A DNA stretch of 64,000 nucleotides from Bilabrum cf. latius (taxonomy: Eukaryota), in NCBI GenBank assembly GCA_965178125.1, contig OZ237752.1, forward strand, positions 992,001 through 1,056,000, read 5' to 3'. This document shows positions 23,701 to 37,586 of the stretch, in pieces. The notes beneath the pieces are model-generated. The model searched no databases. It saw nothing but the letters and a program-made list of their open reading frames with translations, and was not told where the DNA came from. The position numbers were made by a program, and so were the translations under genes. The first letter of the stretch is position 1, and each line of letters starts with the position of its first letter.

Positions 23701-25635
23701 CTGCGGCAGGCCTTCCCGAGCAGGGGGCCCGCGGAGGACCACGCTTCGCGGTTCGATGTCGCTGGCTTCATGCAGTGGGAGCGCGAGTTCGAGCCCCGCT
23801 AGGAGGAGCCCTCCGGTCGGGGTGGTACGGTGTCAGCACAGGGGGGTGCCACGGCTGGGGCAGCGCTGTAGGCCACCGGCAATGGCGTGGTGAGACACAG
23901 CAGCCAAGCTGCATCGGTTGTCCATGCTGCCCCCCAGCGCCACGAGCCAGGGCCCCGCGAGGGCGAAGAGACACCTCCATTGGGCCAAGCCGTTCCTGTT
24001 CCTGTCCCCGTGCACTTGGCGATGGGGAGCTCAGGTGCCCCACCGGTTAGGACTGCTGATGGTCTCTCTTCCACAGCTCCCAGTCCGGTGAAAGTTCCGG
24101 GGGTTCGGTCGGGGCAGCTGAGGGAAAGCGAAGGTTCCGCGCGGGGTTCAATCGGCACTCCCGGTCGCAAGACAGACGCATCCAGCGAGGGCTGGTCTCC
24201 TCTCGCACGACCCGGGGGCGAGTCTAGGAACAAATGGGACGGCTCGCACGGCGTTGCGGCGGGCGGAAGCACAGCCCACAGAGGGAGCAGCAGCCGAGGA
24301 CCGAGCGCATCCCAAGGCCGTGGCGTGTCAGCGGGGCGCATGACCCCGCTGGGTCCGCTGACGGGGGCAGCGGCGGGGAGCGGCCGGCTATCACGCGGTG
24401 GCCAGCTGGGCAAACTGCAGGGCAGCGAGGGTGTGGGGGCGGCGCTGCAGCGCAAGATGAGCTCAGGCAGCCTGCAGGGTCTGCTGCGGGAGAGCAGCGT
24501 TGAGGGCCAGGGAACAAGAGGGAGGGGCAGCCCGTTCCAGGGGCGCCGGCTTGGCACTCCGCTGGGCCAGTCACCTCTCCTGTAGCCGCCGAGGGGGTCG
24601 TTCTCAGGATCGCCCCTCCTGCGTCCCATCGGCGGGGGACCAAGCCAGGGGTAGGGTGGGCACATGATGGGTGGAGGGCTCGCAGGCAGGGCCATGGCCA
24701 GAGCCAGCTCCCCCTCAAGTCTGGGTCCCGAGCGGCGGGGCAGGGGCCGCGCTGTGACCATGGACGCCCTGTCGGAGCGGGACGCATCCGCAGTGCCGTG
24801 CAGGGGGCACTCGGGTGGGTTCCGCAGCATAGGCAGCGGCTAGTTCCGAGTTGGTTCGGCCCTTGGTTCCCAGGAGTCTTCGCCGAGATCGGAGGTGCAT
24901 GCCCGGCATGCGAGGTCAAGTGCGGCTCCGGGCCTCGGGTCATCCCCTGTGCAGACCGTGATAAGACGGGCGCGCAGTCACAGCCAACTGGCCGGTCTAA
25001 GTGCCGGGGGCATGAGCGCTGCATCTTCCTCCGTCTCTGCCTCTGCCGCCAGCACTGCAGGAGGCTCCCCTCTGGCCCGCGGCATAGCGGGGCCGTCCCT
25101 TGCCCAGGGCTCGAGCGCCTCGTCCTCGGGACTGCCCAGGAGTCCCTCCATGCGGCCTGCTTCGGGTGCACTGCATGGTAGTGCGCCGGGCGAAGACGAT
25201 CCGATGCGGGTGGGGCACCTGGCGCGCATCCGGGCAGGGGCCCGGTCCAGCGTGGGGGTACAAGGGGCAGGTGTGGCTAGCCCCGGGGTGGCCCGTCGCA
25301 GAGTGGCGGGCGGGAGCAGCCCGCCATTCGGATCGGAGGAAGAAGAAGAAGGGGGCTGGTCTCCGCAAGGGCCCCACGCAATGGTGCATGTGGCACGGGG
25401 CAGGGCGCATTCCTGGGACCCCGCCGATTCCGCCTCCAGGGGGGGGGGGTACGTGCCGGGGGCCCCCTCGGGAGTGGGGTTGGTGCCCGCGAGAGCTCCC
25501 AGTCCACTGGCGCTATCACTTGAGCGGGACAGAGCATAGATGCAGGTGCCAGTGGGCGGCAGCAGTGCCAGTGGTGCATCCAGTGGCATGGAGCGGCGGG
25601 AGCCGCCGCCGCTCGCTGGCGGTATGCTTGCATGA
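20749..25635 (+). CDS. EF-hand Ca-binding protein with a long low-complexity tail and possible N-myristoylation; introns 20853-21050 and 21780-21887
   Basis: MGQQFS start; EF loops FDMDQNGLLDREE and VDANEDGVLSFPE; GTGAG...CAG introns keep the frame. About 9 in-frame TAGs join the ORFs 20995, 21799, 22321, 23392, 23887 and 24895 (all one frame). Ends TGA 25633-25635. Confidence 0.7.
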
Positions 25636-26435
25636 CTGGCCTAGGACTGCGAGAGCGTGGGTTTGTGCGATGCATGTTCTGTGAGTGGAAATAAAAATGG
25701 CCATTGTAAACGAAGTATAGCACCTGTCTTCTTCGATCTGTTGGGAGCCGTCCTTGTGATCGGCGATCGCTGACCGTCTGCCTGGCTGCGACCACACGGT
25801 GGGGCTCAACGGCTCGGACTGCAAGCGAACAGTGTGCGACCGCGAATCCATCTTGCACTGTCTGAGTAAGCTTGCTGTTGGGAAATCATGCAGCTTCTCC
25901 ATGACACGAGACAAACTTACGCAGAATTGCTTGCCCTTGATCCTTGTGAGACTACTCCCAGATTTCTCCAGCCTCGCGCACGATCCTTGCGGTGATCCAT
26001 TCGACCCTGTCTTATCCACCAGCCTAGTAGCATTGTCCAACGCATCCCTGTCCATGTATTTAATTGATAGCAGCAAAACGATCGGCTATTTCTGGACTGG
26101 ATAGGCTTACGCACTAGGTCCAGATTCTGGCGGAAAGGCTGAGCTCGATCGCTGGCATGCCGGTTGGAGACAACGGGCTACCATCCATTGATTCGAAGGA
26201 GCCGCCCGTTGTGCAGACGCCTGATTTGTACGAAGCTGCGCTCCGCAGGGCCGTGCGCTCTGCTCAGGCGGATGCTTAGGCTGAAGCAGTCGTGCCATTG
26301 ATGGCGCAGGCGCGAGCACTTGCCCCGGGCATTCAGGGAACCACGCTTTTCCTTAACTCTCGGTTCGGACGTGAGTGCAAATATCTAGAAAGCTCGATTG
26401 CGGCCAGAGGGCAGCACCTGCTCCTTGCCCTGGCA

Positions 26436-29400
26436 ATGGGAGACCGTTCGTCGGGCGCAGCGTCAGCTGCCGCACCAGCGGCCGAGCAAGAGGCTGCGAT
26501 TCGGGTACTGCAGGCAGATGCTGCACTGATCGGCGCAAATGGACCTCGAAATCCCTCGCGGGCTCTAGAGTTGTACGCGGGAGCGGCGGGCGACGGACAC
26601 GCGAAGGCGTGTGCCGCACTGGCCCGCGCCGCCTCTGCGTGGGAGGACCGGGGCGCCGGACTGCTCCTCGGGCTGGGCGCGCTGCTGGCAGGGAACAACG
26701 GGGCCGGGCTGGGAACCGACGGCTCCGGCAGCGCTGGAGCTGCCGGGCTCTGCGCCGCTGCCTGGGCGCTTGGGTGCCCGTTGGGTGCGGTTGCAGAGGG
26801 CGACCCGGCGCGGGTGTGGGGTGCATCGCACGGTGGTGCACCGAGCCTGCGGGACGCCGCCGCGCTCGTGGGTAGCGGTCTCGGCACGCGGGAGCCCTGG
26901 GTCCTCCGAGCTGCAGCGCCGCAGGGCACTGCACCCTGGCTGGCGGTGCTGGACAGTGCCGTGGACAGGCGGGTGCTAGTGTTCGCGTGCCGGCTGGCGA
27001 TGGCACAGGAGGCGAGAGAAGCGGCGGCGGAGGCTGCCAAGCTGGCACTACAGTGCGATGCAGTCGAGGCGGAGCTGCGAGACGCCTGGGAGGAAGCGAA
27101 CGAGGAGAAACAGCGGCGGGAAGGGGAGGAGTCAATCGCGCCGGCAGGATCGGCTCATGATCATGACGACCGGGGCGAGGGCGAGGGCGAGGGCAAGGGG
27201 CCCAGGGTGCGGTTCGCTGGGGAAGGCAGCAGCAGCGAGGGTGCCTTTGGGGGCCATAAAAGAAGCAGAAGGAGCTCAGATGCAGATACTAACGGGAACG
27301 AGGAGTCAAAGGTGGGTGGTGCCCAGGGGGTCTAGCAGGACGGGGAGCAGGACCAGGCAGAGGGCGATTCGCTAGAGGACGCCATGCGTGGCCTGGAGGA
27401 CGCCGCCAGACAGGGGTCTCTGTTCGTGGGGAACACAAAGGGGGGGAGGCAGGCCCCGCGGGGATCTGTGTCCGGGGTTGGATCGCTTGCAGTGGAGGAT
27501 GCAGCGAGGGCAAGGGTTCTGGGCCGGCCCACGACAAGGGCGCGGTTCGGGAGCCGGCGGCGGGCGGGCACTGGCGCTCCATCGTCCTCCATCTCCGGCA
27601 GGTAGGAGCAGGCAGCGAGGAGCTCGACCGCTGGTAGGGGTCGGGCGGGCAGCGCTGTGACGATAGGGTCCATGGATCGAGCCGCGGGTGCAGAGGGGGC
27701 AGGGATCGGGCGCGGGCGGCGCATGCGAGACGCGAGGGAGAGAGAGGCGCTGGCGGCGGAAGACGCGCGGATTCGAGCTGCTGCCGATGACACTGACTCC
27801 AGCACAGAGGGAGAGGAGGGTCAAGGAGGGGGTGAGTCCGCGGTGGACGAACGGGTGCGTGGGGGTCGCGCGCCTATAGGTGCCGCTTATAGGCGAAGGT
27901 CGGAGGCTGCACGACGGGCCAAGGCGATGCGAGCGCAGCTGAGAGTCGTCCGGCAACGAGCGCTCGAGGTTGACCCGGGGGCGGTGGTAGTGCGCGCCCG
28001 CCGCATCCTGGCGAGAACGGCGAGAGATGCGGGCGAGCTACTCGGGCTGCCAGTGGCTCGCTGGCTGCTGGACCCCGTGGGGGCAGGGGCGCGGGACTCG
28101 ATGCCCAGGCTAGAGGACGGGGCGGGCCCCATGGGGGGAACAAGCGGTCGAGAGGCGAAGGCAGGGGCCAGAAAGCAACAGGGTTTGGTTTACCAGCAGT
28201 ACGGCGATACTCGTCAAGGGCTTGACAGGGGTCGCGCTGGGGCAGGAGCCGGCGGCGTCGGGCTGCGGCTGCGGCGGGCCGGAGACGGCAGCGAGGTGCA
28301 TCGCGGCTCTGTGGAGAGTTTCACTCGGGGCAGGACCACGGGTAGCGTGACGAGTGATGGATCAAGGAGCAACAGGGGGGGTACAGCGCTCCGGCGCGCT
28401 GCCATGGGGGAGACGCAGTCTGTTGACGACGAGGCCCACGATGAGGGCGAGGGCGAGCTGGCGCACACAGGTGCAATGGAGGATGGAGGGGGCATTGACC
28501 GAGGCAAGGGCAGTGGAGTCGCGTCTGGACTGGCTGCAGGTGCTGGCGGAGAGCGCGAAGAAGACTTGGACTGGACTGTGCCTGGCGAAGGGGGTGCGCG
28601 CAGCAGTGCAGTGCATCGCAGCGCGAGCCTCCACGGCCTGCTCCGAGGCCAGACCGACGTCCTGCCCGCAGGCCACCGACAAGGCGGTGTTCCCCGCGAC
28701 GGTGTGACGAGTGCAAGACACAGGGAACCAGCAACCGGGCCCGGTGCAGGCAGGGACATCACGGCGAGTGAGGGCGACAGCGTGCCATTCCTCTCCGGAC
28801 TGGCAGCGGGACGCACGGCCAGCGCAGCAGCGAAGAGGGACGCGTTTGCAGCGGCGCGCGCGGCTCTCCCCGAGGAAGACACGTGGCCCGACCTCCCGTC
28901 GATGGTGCCCCAGCGAGCCCTCAGGGTGCACGAGCTGACCGCCAAGATGCGTGCGCTACCTGCCGCTAGGCGGGTGCACCTCACCGGGTGCCTGGGGCTG
29001 GCCGCCGTACTCGCGGGGGCTGGGACAGTCAGCGACGGACTTCGACCAAACGGGTAGACCGCCCGACTGGCGGAAGATGATGGAGCTAGGGCTGGAGCGC
29101 TGCTAGTGGCCGGCGCGCTGGTGGAGGCGGTCGGGCCTCGAGTGGGGTGTGCCGGCACTGCTGCGTCGCTTGCGGCCGGCATCGACACGGAGCGGGAGCA
29201 GAGGCTGGCGGTGCGGCTGGAGGAGCAGCTGATGGCTGGTGCATTGCATGGCAGTGCATCAGCGGGAGGCATGTCTTCGGGTCGCGCCGGTCCTCGCTTG
29301 CTGCAGGGTGCCCAGGTGGCCAGGGAGCGGGCGCTTGCGGTGGCAGGGAGACTGCGGAGGAGGAGGCTGCTGGTGCCGAGGTCTGGTGGACGGGGTTAGG

Positions 29401-31361
29401 GGCTGAGGCGAGGCTCGCGCCGGTCTGCTCGAGGCGGCTTGTCAGACAGTGCTAGGGAGGTCGCTGCCTTGGAGGTCGAAATGAGGGGCGCAGTTCCTGG
29501 GCTGGGGCTGGGGCTGCGGGGAAAGTTGCAGCCCTGGGCCGCGGGCCCAGACCCACTTGTGTCGACGCAGTGGAAGAAGTCCTGCCTCCAATGGGCGGGA
29601 TGTTGCTTCAGGGGAGTGGCGCTTGGTCGATCTGTGCTCGCAGCGGCCAGCGCACTCCTGGAAGCAGCGGGCGAGGCATCCTGTCAGGATGGCACAGGCG
29701 ATGTCCAAAGGGAAGGGCCGGCAGCAGGAGCAGATTTGCTTGCCGCTGCACTGCGGAACGTGTGTTCTGCAGCCGGTTCGATGGGCGGGGAGGGCAGTGG
29801 CACTTCGTCTAGAGGCGCGCCCGTGGAAGACGGGTCATTCCTGGACCAGCTGCTCCACCTACGCCCAGCCGTGGATGCCCCCGGGCTGACCGGACTTGGG
29901 CCTGACCGGGAGCGGGCCACGGCTCTCGCGGCGGCGGGTCCACTACTCGGCAGGCTGCTCCATCCGAGGCTGACTGGCCTGTTTGGCGGCGATGGCATGG
30001 GGAGCATTGCTGGCGCCAGCTAGTTCAATGGCAGGGCGACATCAGGTCCGGTGAAGTCCGCTGGCGATCAACGGAGCATCGCAGGAGGCCAGGGGGCGCT
30101 GGAGCGCAGGGGCATGCTGGCCCTGCTCGGGCTGCCTTCCGCTCTGCCTGGGGAACTTGGGCTAACCTCGGATGGTGGCATCGGGCTTGAGCCCAATGTT
30201 GTTGCGCTTGAAGGGTCTGATGCAAGTGGACCCCCGGACATAGGTCCCACTCGAGCGGAGTTGCGAGCCGTGCGAGACATCCGGGCCGCTAGAGAGGAAG
30301 TGGCGCAGCTGATGGGCGCATCGCACGGCAAAGCAAGCCCATTCGTGCTGCAGCAGCTAGAATCCGCAGCGCACCTGGCTATGGCACGAGGATAGAGTGC
30401 CGTGCGGGAGTCGCTGCGTGGCATGTGTGGGGCAAGAGCGGGGCCACTTGGGGCCCTGCCTGTTGATACGGATAGTGCAGGCAGCGTGTGGAGCGTGACT
30501 GGAATAGGACGGGCCTGCTACCGCCTGGCAGGGTGTTATTGTTGGAGTGGTAGTGGTCTGCCTAGCACCGGCACTGGTCTTGATGCGGGCCTCGCGTGGC
30601 TGCTGGTCGGAGCGGCAGCCGGGGATGCGCAAAGTGCCTCTGCTGCTGCTGCCATTCTGGATGCACATGCGGACGGCACCCGTGCAATGCCAGCAGCTGC
30701 AATGTTCAGGTCCCTGCTGGCTGGAGCGGATCGGGTGACTGAAGCGGCAGTGCAGTTGCACGTGGAGGCAGTGTCGCTTGCGAGCGTATTGAACGAAGGA
30801 AGTACAGTCTTGGGGCTTGGATCCGATGCCACCCTTGGTGGCGTGACCGGACTCGGTAGATGGGTACATCATGCGCACGCAGAGGTACGTGATGGTATGG
30901 TCCTGGCTGCAATGGGCGAGGGGTCGCTATACAGGACCGAGGCCGCAATGGGCAGAAGCGCGTACGCAGTTGGTCGCTGGGTCGATGCCAAGTGCGAAGA
31001 GGAACGCGCGTCAGCAGGGGTTAGAGCGGGCCTTGAGCTTGTCAAATGGAGGGGAGGTGGGGCTCCAGCAGTACCTGGAGCAAGAGCACGCACAATTCAT
31101 ACCCGTATGGCTGTTCTTGAGAAGCTCGACCCGGCGGAGCTAGCCCGAGCAGTTTGTGACCGTCTGGCAGAACCCTCGAGCATTAACCACATGCCGGACA
31201 CTCCAGATCGATTGGAAAATCAGCAGTACAAGAGGAAAGCAGTTGCGGCAGCGGCGGCAGGCTACCATCTCAGTACTAGATGGTTGACAGTCGGAGCCCG
31301 AGCTGGAGGGGCCTTGGCAATTGGGGAGTTGGCTCAGAGAGCCGTGTAGGGTGCCAAGTGA
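26436..31361 (+). CDS. Large Sel1-like repeat protein (~1640 aa with TAG=Gln)
   Basis: Seven same-frame ORFs, each ending in TAG, join to TGA 31359-31361. Sel1-like segments PRNPSRALELYAGAAGDGHAKACAALA and ACYRLAGCY..G.G.....AGLAWLLVGAAAGDAQSA. Confidence 0.6.
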
Positions 31362-31400
31362 ATTTGTGGGTCGAATAGACAGCTGCAAAGATGTCGATGA

Positions 31401-33932
31401 TCATTGCAAAGACTTATGACCAGGTGCAGTATAGCCAGCTTCTCCCCTCAGCTCGTACTTTTTTACTAGCACTTGCTCTGAGATCCTGACATCCCGCAGA
31501 TGCATCAAAACCTCACCGCCGGGCGCCCCCGCCACCCCGCGGCCGTTGGGCAAGGCGGGAGCCACGGCAAACCGTCTCGGCATGGCTAGATCCGTGGGCC
31601 AAATTGACGCTGCATCCATGGAGCACGCCCACCCTCGGTCAAGGTTGTGGTGTATCGCAACGGCTGGAAGCCTTCGGATGACATCGCCCCGAATGAACAA
31701 GCCGTACTCGATGTTGACTTGTGAGCGAGGTGACGGTCCCTTCGTGCGCTGGACCCAGTATTGCATGGTAGGCAGGTCCGCAGTGGCACATGGACACAGT
31801 GCTGGTGCGGCGCACCCGATCTTGCCAGCCCATAGCACCAGTCGGTCGCTCTTATCCAGGTCCAAGTACTTTTCACTGTTGGCAGTATCGGTCTTTTTAG
31901 CCTCTCGACTAAGAGCCAGCAGCGATGCCCCGGCCTCCCCCTTCGCCTCCAGGTCACGCAGCACGCCCACCACGCCCCACGAATCCACCACCTCGTCTGC
32001 ATCCAGGTACAGGTGCCACATCCTCCCAGGGCCCCCGGCTGCCTGCTCCGCCTCCAGACCCGCGCGCCGAGAAGCAGCCATCTGCACGCCCCCGCCCTCC
32101 CACGGCCCGCCCTGTCCGTGCAGCTCCATCGCACGGTCGCGCTCTCGCAGCATTTCGAGCGTAGCAACAAATCTCGTCCCCGCCATCCACTACTGTCTAG
32201 CAGGAAATGTGAGACTGTCCCCGACCCACGCTGCACGCCACTCCTTGTGGTCGAACCGCCGCACCAGCACGTCCACGCTCCCCGCCGGATACCTGCCCGC
32301 CAGCTCCTCGAACAGAGTCACGTTCTCGCCCGACCCGTCGTGCAGCTTCTGCTTCAGCGCGATCAACACGCGCCGAGAGGACAGAAACGCCGCATGCACA
32401 GTGTGCTCCACAATCCCGCGCTCGAGCGAGCTGGCTAGCACAATCGTGCATAGCCTGCGCCTGGCCTCAAGATGCCGCTGCAGCTCATCATCCACCTCTG
32501 CCTCGCTCAGCCCAGCATCCCGCAACCGGTCCGCATGCACGCCCCAGAACGCCCCCGCCACCATGCGCTCCGCCGCCTCTCCTCCCTGCCGCATCGCCGC
32601 AACAGCTGCATCCACGCTCCCTGCAGCTGCCACAGCGGGATGCGCGGGCATGCGCGCGGCCCAGCCCAGGTCCATCCCGGGCAGCAGCCGCCGCACCATG
32701 GGCCCGTACACGGCCGGGCTCTCCCTGGCCAGCTGCATGCCCGCCTCGTACACGTGGTGGCCAATCAGCTGCCCAACAGATTCCACCAGACTCAGCTCGT
32801 CCATGGGCAGCCCCTCCAGCCCGCTGCCGATGGTCTCCCAGGACTGCTCCTGCACCCCGATCATGGACCCCAGCAGCACCATGCCCCGCCGCAGGGACAT
32901 GGTCATGGCCTCGTACATGGACAGGTGCACCTGCCTCCAGGGCGGCTGCAGCCGGGGCAGCAGGTCCAGCACGGAGGACCCCTGTCTCGTGTCGGGGGGC
33001 AGCCCGGCGAACGAGACGTAGTTACGATCTCTCTTAGTGGCTACGAAGTGCCTGGTAGTTCGCTTAGCCTGCTGCTGTGTTGCCTCTCGTATTGCGGTGG
33101 TGTTCCACTGGCCAGCAGCGTCTCCCCGCGCCCCCAGAGCCGCAGTCCGCCCCGCCAGTAGGTCTGTCTCCTGTGCGAGCGAGTAGGCCCGCGCCCATTC
33201 CAGCGCCTGCTGCGGCCACTGCAGCAGCGAGCGCACACGGGCGCGGATTCTCGGGTCCTCGAAAGCCTCGGCCAGGCCCGGGTGCACGGTCCGGCTGAAG
33301 GAACGCATGCCTGTGTGATGGATGCCGCGTGCGCCGTGGCTCATAAAGCGGGTGATAGTGGCGGAATCGACTACCCCAAACGCAGACTGCACTCCATGAT
33401 TTGAAGCCGAAGAAAGATTGGCCTGTATGCCAAGTAAATACAAGCCAGGCGGATCCACCAGTCCACTGAGGCGTTTCATCTCGTCTTGGGACGCGAGCAA
33501 AACGCCACCGCGAGCTGCTGGAACGGCAAACGCAGCCCCGCCATCTTTGCACACGCCTACGACCATACGTTCGTGCTGAGGTGCATACAAAAGATTTGCA
33601 CTACTTGCATGGTTCGACCTGACACATAAAAACACTACGAGTCGCCAATATGGCCACAATGAGGCCCTTGCGGGGCTTGCTCCATGCAGTCCACCAGGGA
33701 TAGTGGCAAGCGATTTCTGAACGGCAATGTTACACAATTCTGTCGATATTCCTGGAGCATTGCATACGTTCTTCCGCACAGATACCTCAATCGGGTCTCT
33801 CCCTACGGAGAGGTCAATCATTTTAGCGAACACTGCATCCATCAGTGGACTCGCAACGCTGCCTTCAAACGCTAGCAACACCGCCATAAATATAGATATC
33901 CGTACGAAGTGAAAACGGGAACATTTAAACAT
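31401..33932 (-). CDS. Putative GT-A glycosyltransferase-like protein, paralog 1
   Basis: Hydrophobic N-terminus MFKCSRFHFVRISIFMAVLLAF; TAG at 32190-32192 read through; WHLYLDADE (DxD) motif; ends TGA. Collinear with paralogs 2 and 3. Confidence 0.6.
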
Positions 33933-34030
33933 TTTGCTTTCAAGCAGCCCGGTGCCAGATTTTATTTTCTTCCGAAAGAGCTGATGCACAATGATGATGA
34001 GAGACGATAAATTGATGAGAGAATAAATAT

Positions 34031-35939
34031 ATGGGATTCAAACTACACGCTACCCAGGCTAAGAAGTCACCCGCCTCATCCTACCTGTACCTCGGTCTAC
34101 TCATTTCGACCCAACCAGTACGGATCAGCCCAGATGAAGTAGCTGGGCTGACGCAGGCGAGAGACATCTGGGTAATTGATATGGCACCCCACGTACGCAG
34201 GAGGATTGCGATGGCGTACCGGGCGGCCAGGGACATCACACGAGCGGCGGTGAACGGCAACTGGGCGGTCTCCCTGCACGCCCAGCTGCTCCATGCAGGA
34301 GCAATCACGAGTGCATTCTACGGAGCAGAGGCAGCGGCATGTGCAACAGGATGGGACACCTTGTCAGGATTAGGATATGGTTCCCAAGTTTTCTACGGGA
34401 TGGAACTGAACCTGGAAGTCCTCAAGATGCTGGACAAATTCCTGCTGGATACGCGCTGGATGATTGTCAGCGGATCGACACAGGTAAGGCCCTTCACCAT
34501 GGGCGGTCGATACGTGCCAAACCTTGCGATGGACACTGAGCTGCTGACGGCATCGGCAGCAGGGCGTGTTGCTATGGGCCTGCTGGACCTGATCGAGTGT
34601 CCCTCGAAGAAGGGCCTTGATGTTGCGGCCAGGTTCATCCACCAGGGCCGATTCCTGCAGGGACCACCAGTACAGACAGGCCCACTCGGGGCCGCGCTGG
34701 CACTGGGATTCAGGATCAAGATGGCAGGGTGGACCCACCGGATCGATGACGCGAAGGACTGGCTGGGATGCCAGGAGACTGCAAAAAAAGTCACAAAGTG
34801 GAGGAAATCCAAATCCGGAGCTGCTGACCGATCGTTCACAAGCCTGAGCCTGGGATGCTCGCACGATCCGGCACTGTCGGATTGGGACCGGGAGAGAGCT
34901 GCGCTCGGAGTGGTCATGCTTAACCGGTACGCAACGAAGGGACGGTATGCCTTCGGACCAGGAGCCATGCCAACAGCAGCGGTGGTGCAGGAATACGGCC
35001 ACCAAGGAAGACGAATTCTGCGCATCCGAGCTGGACAATACCCGCAACAGGGCACGCCCAACCTTCAAGTGATGGGCACCGCGGTAGAGCAGATGGAGCG
35101 GGCCGAGCATGACCATCATGCCGGAACGAGACCGTGGCAACCCGATGATGCGGATCAGAATAGAGGGAGGTCCCCTGCCTCCCTCCGGAAAGCATGGGCG
35201 AAGACAGCTCTCGCTCAGGACCCTTGGGACGAGAAGCTGGAGCGCACCAGCAGGGCCAAGCCAATCGTCGAAGACGCACTCACTCGGATAGAGCGTACGA
35301 TTGCGCGGTCATCGGAACGGACAGCTGTCAAGGAGCTGGCCAACCGAGTGGTGCAGGTGATCAGGAACCAGCTGCGCTAGCAGGAGTAGCTGACGTGCAG
35401 GCAGTGGATGCGAGGCGATGCGGCGGCTGCTCTTGCCGCCACGGCCACGCAAGAGCTGATAGCGGCAACCAATGCGAACGCTCGGCTACAGCGACGGATG
35501 TTTAAGCCCCACGGCTTGCTAAGGGACATAGAGAGGCAATGGGCCAAAGGCATGAGCGCGTGCATGCTAGCCTCTCTGAAGGATCGTGAGACGCAGAGAC
35601 GGTCATGGAGGAGGAAATGGTGGGTCCCGGCAGGGGACCCTGATGTGGGACTGGACCGCGCTTTGTGCCGGGCACATGCTCCGCACCTGTATGCTTTCTC
35701 CCTGTGAAGGCATCAGGCTGAGGGCTTGTGGGGGACCACATTGATGGCGAATAAAGGGGACTCGGCGGTGTAGGCTGAGATTGGGGGGCCTTTGGCCTGA
35801 AAGGGTCGGGGGTCTTGTAGTCCTTGTTTGAGGACTCCTCTGGATTCAGGTGATCACTCGAACTCCTTCGGGGGCAACGGTGCATCTGGGTGCTTGTGGA
35901 ATCTTTACCCAACAATGTATTTCTGTATTTCTGTATTTC
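34031..35939 (+). mobile_element. 5'-truncated non-LTR retrotransposon (end of RT and C-terminal region)
   Basis: Begins GFKLH...YLYLGLLIS (RT domain 7-like) followed by AITSAFYGAEA (LINE thumb-like). The ORF reads through TAG 35378 and 35387 to TGA 35705-35707. Ends in a (TGTATTTC)3 tail. Confidence 0.55.
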
Positions 35940-37516
35940 ACCCGAAGGCTACTTCGACCGGGAGGAAACATCTCACTGACCAGCTCAAGCTGCAGCAGCT
36001 GTCAGCTGTGCCGCTCCTCCTTGGAGGTTCTGCACATCTGGAGCTCCCACTGCGAGTGCTAGGGGATGTAAGAGACCAGCATGGTCAGGGTCAAGGCCGC
36101 CTGCCTCTTCCCAAGCACTCCCAGATCCACCACCTGGTTGTGCTCCTGCCGGGATCGCAGCCCACACTACCTCCGCTCGTGCTGCCGCTTGCGCTGCCTC
36201 GGGGGTCCCAGCTCCTGCTGAACCCGTTTCCTGCGCCACTCTCGTTCCCTGAAGCCCTGACATGTTCCGCACCGTAAGGTTGAAATGAATCGTGCGGCAT
36301 GCGCTCAGCATGGAAACTCCTTTGGCGATCTCTCGCGCCCAGATCCTGATCTGGGCCTCCTCCCAGGCTGGCAAACTACGGGCCCTTCCCACCCGCTTCC
36401 GACGGATGTGGGCCAACAGGCGCAGCAGCCCGCGCGCCCCACTTCCCAGGCCCCCTGTCGGTAGAACAACAAAGTCGTGGAAGACGGCCTGGGTCCTCTT
36501 CGCGATCGACCTGAACTTGTGGGCCGACCGGTCACCGTTGAAGAGAGAATATAATATGTCTGAGTCAAAGCACACACTAGATCTACCCAACTACAACGAC
36601 CACCCCAAGAGGCAATCGCACTGGGCAGGTCGAACGGATCAGCAAGCTCACGCCATGGGCTCCGCAAGCTGGGCCGCTCCTCCGTGGGGGAGTTGCGCTG
36701 CTTGCGGTCCATCTGCGTTCGCGATGCCTTCGTGTTCGATTGCGTTTGGATCAGCCGCCTCGTCCGGTGCTGCACCCTCAGCTCCTACTGCAGCTGCAGC
36801 AGGTACTGCGGGCACAGCTGGCGCTTCAGCTGCATCCAAACCCTACGCACCACCAGCTCCACCAGCCTGCTGTAGTGCCACTCCTAGCTGCGCAACTCCC
36901 GCTGCCAGCTCTCCCACCTGACCACCAGCTCCTGCTGCGGCCGCTCCCTGTGCGCCGGTTGCCTCCCTCTGCTTCAGCAGCTCACAAGCGTTAAGGTTAA
37001 ATTTGCTCGTGAAACCGGTCACCGTTGAAGAGAGAATAGATATATCTGTATCAAAGCACACACTACCCAACTGCAACGACCACCCCGTGGGGCAATCGCA
37101 TCAGGTAGGTCGAACGGATCAGCAGGCTCACGCCGCAGGGTTCGCAAGCTGGGCTGCTCCTCCGTGGGGGTTCTGCGTTGCTTGCAATCCTTCGGCGTTC
37201 GCATTGCCTTCGTGTTCGGTCGCGTCCGGATCAGCTGCCTGATCTGCTGCCTCACCATCAGCTCCTGCCGCATTGAAGAGAAAATAGATATATCTGTATC
37301 AAAGCACACACTACCCAACTGCAACGACCACCCCGTGGGGCAATCGCATCAGGTAGGTCGAACGGATCAGCAGGCTCACGCCGCAGGGTTCGCAAGCTGG
37401 GCTGCTCCTCCGTGGGGGTTCTGCGTTGCTTGCAATCCTTCGGCGTTCGCATTGCATTGAAGAGAGAGAATAGATATATCTGTATCAAAGCACACATTGA
37501 AGAGAGAGAATAGATT
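35940..37516 (-). mobile_element. Head-to-tail chain of 3' fragments of an RLE-type non-LTR retrotransposon family
   Basis: The innermost piece encodes HKFRSIA...FHDFVVLPTGGLGSGARGLLRLLA...IAKGVS, resembling the end of a restriction-like endonuclease domain. Five further units share the terminus TTGAAGAG(AG)ARAATA on + at 36538, 37025, 37273, 37457 and 37497. Confidence 0.55.
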
Positions 37517-37586
37517 CCAAGTTATTGGTTCTCTTTCTCATTGAACACACTACTTTTTATGCTTGCTTCAAAGTACAAGTGAACGT

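Noticed and set aside
25640-26320. Possible small minus-strand gene
   Set aside because: No recognisable motif and no convincing exon structure, even with TAG=Q.
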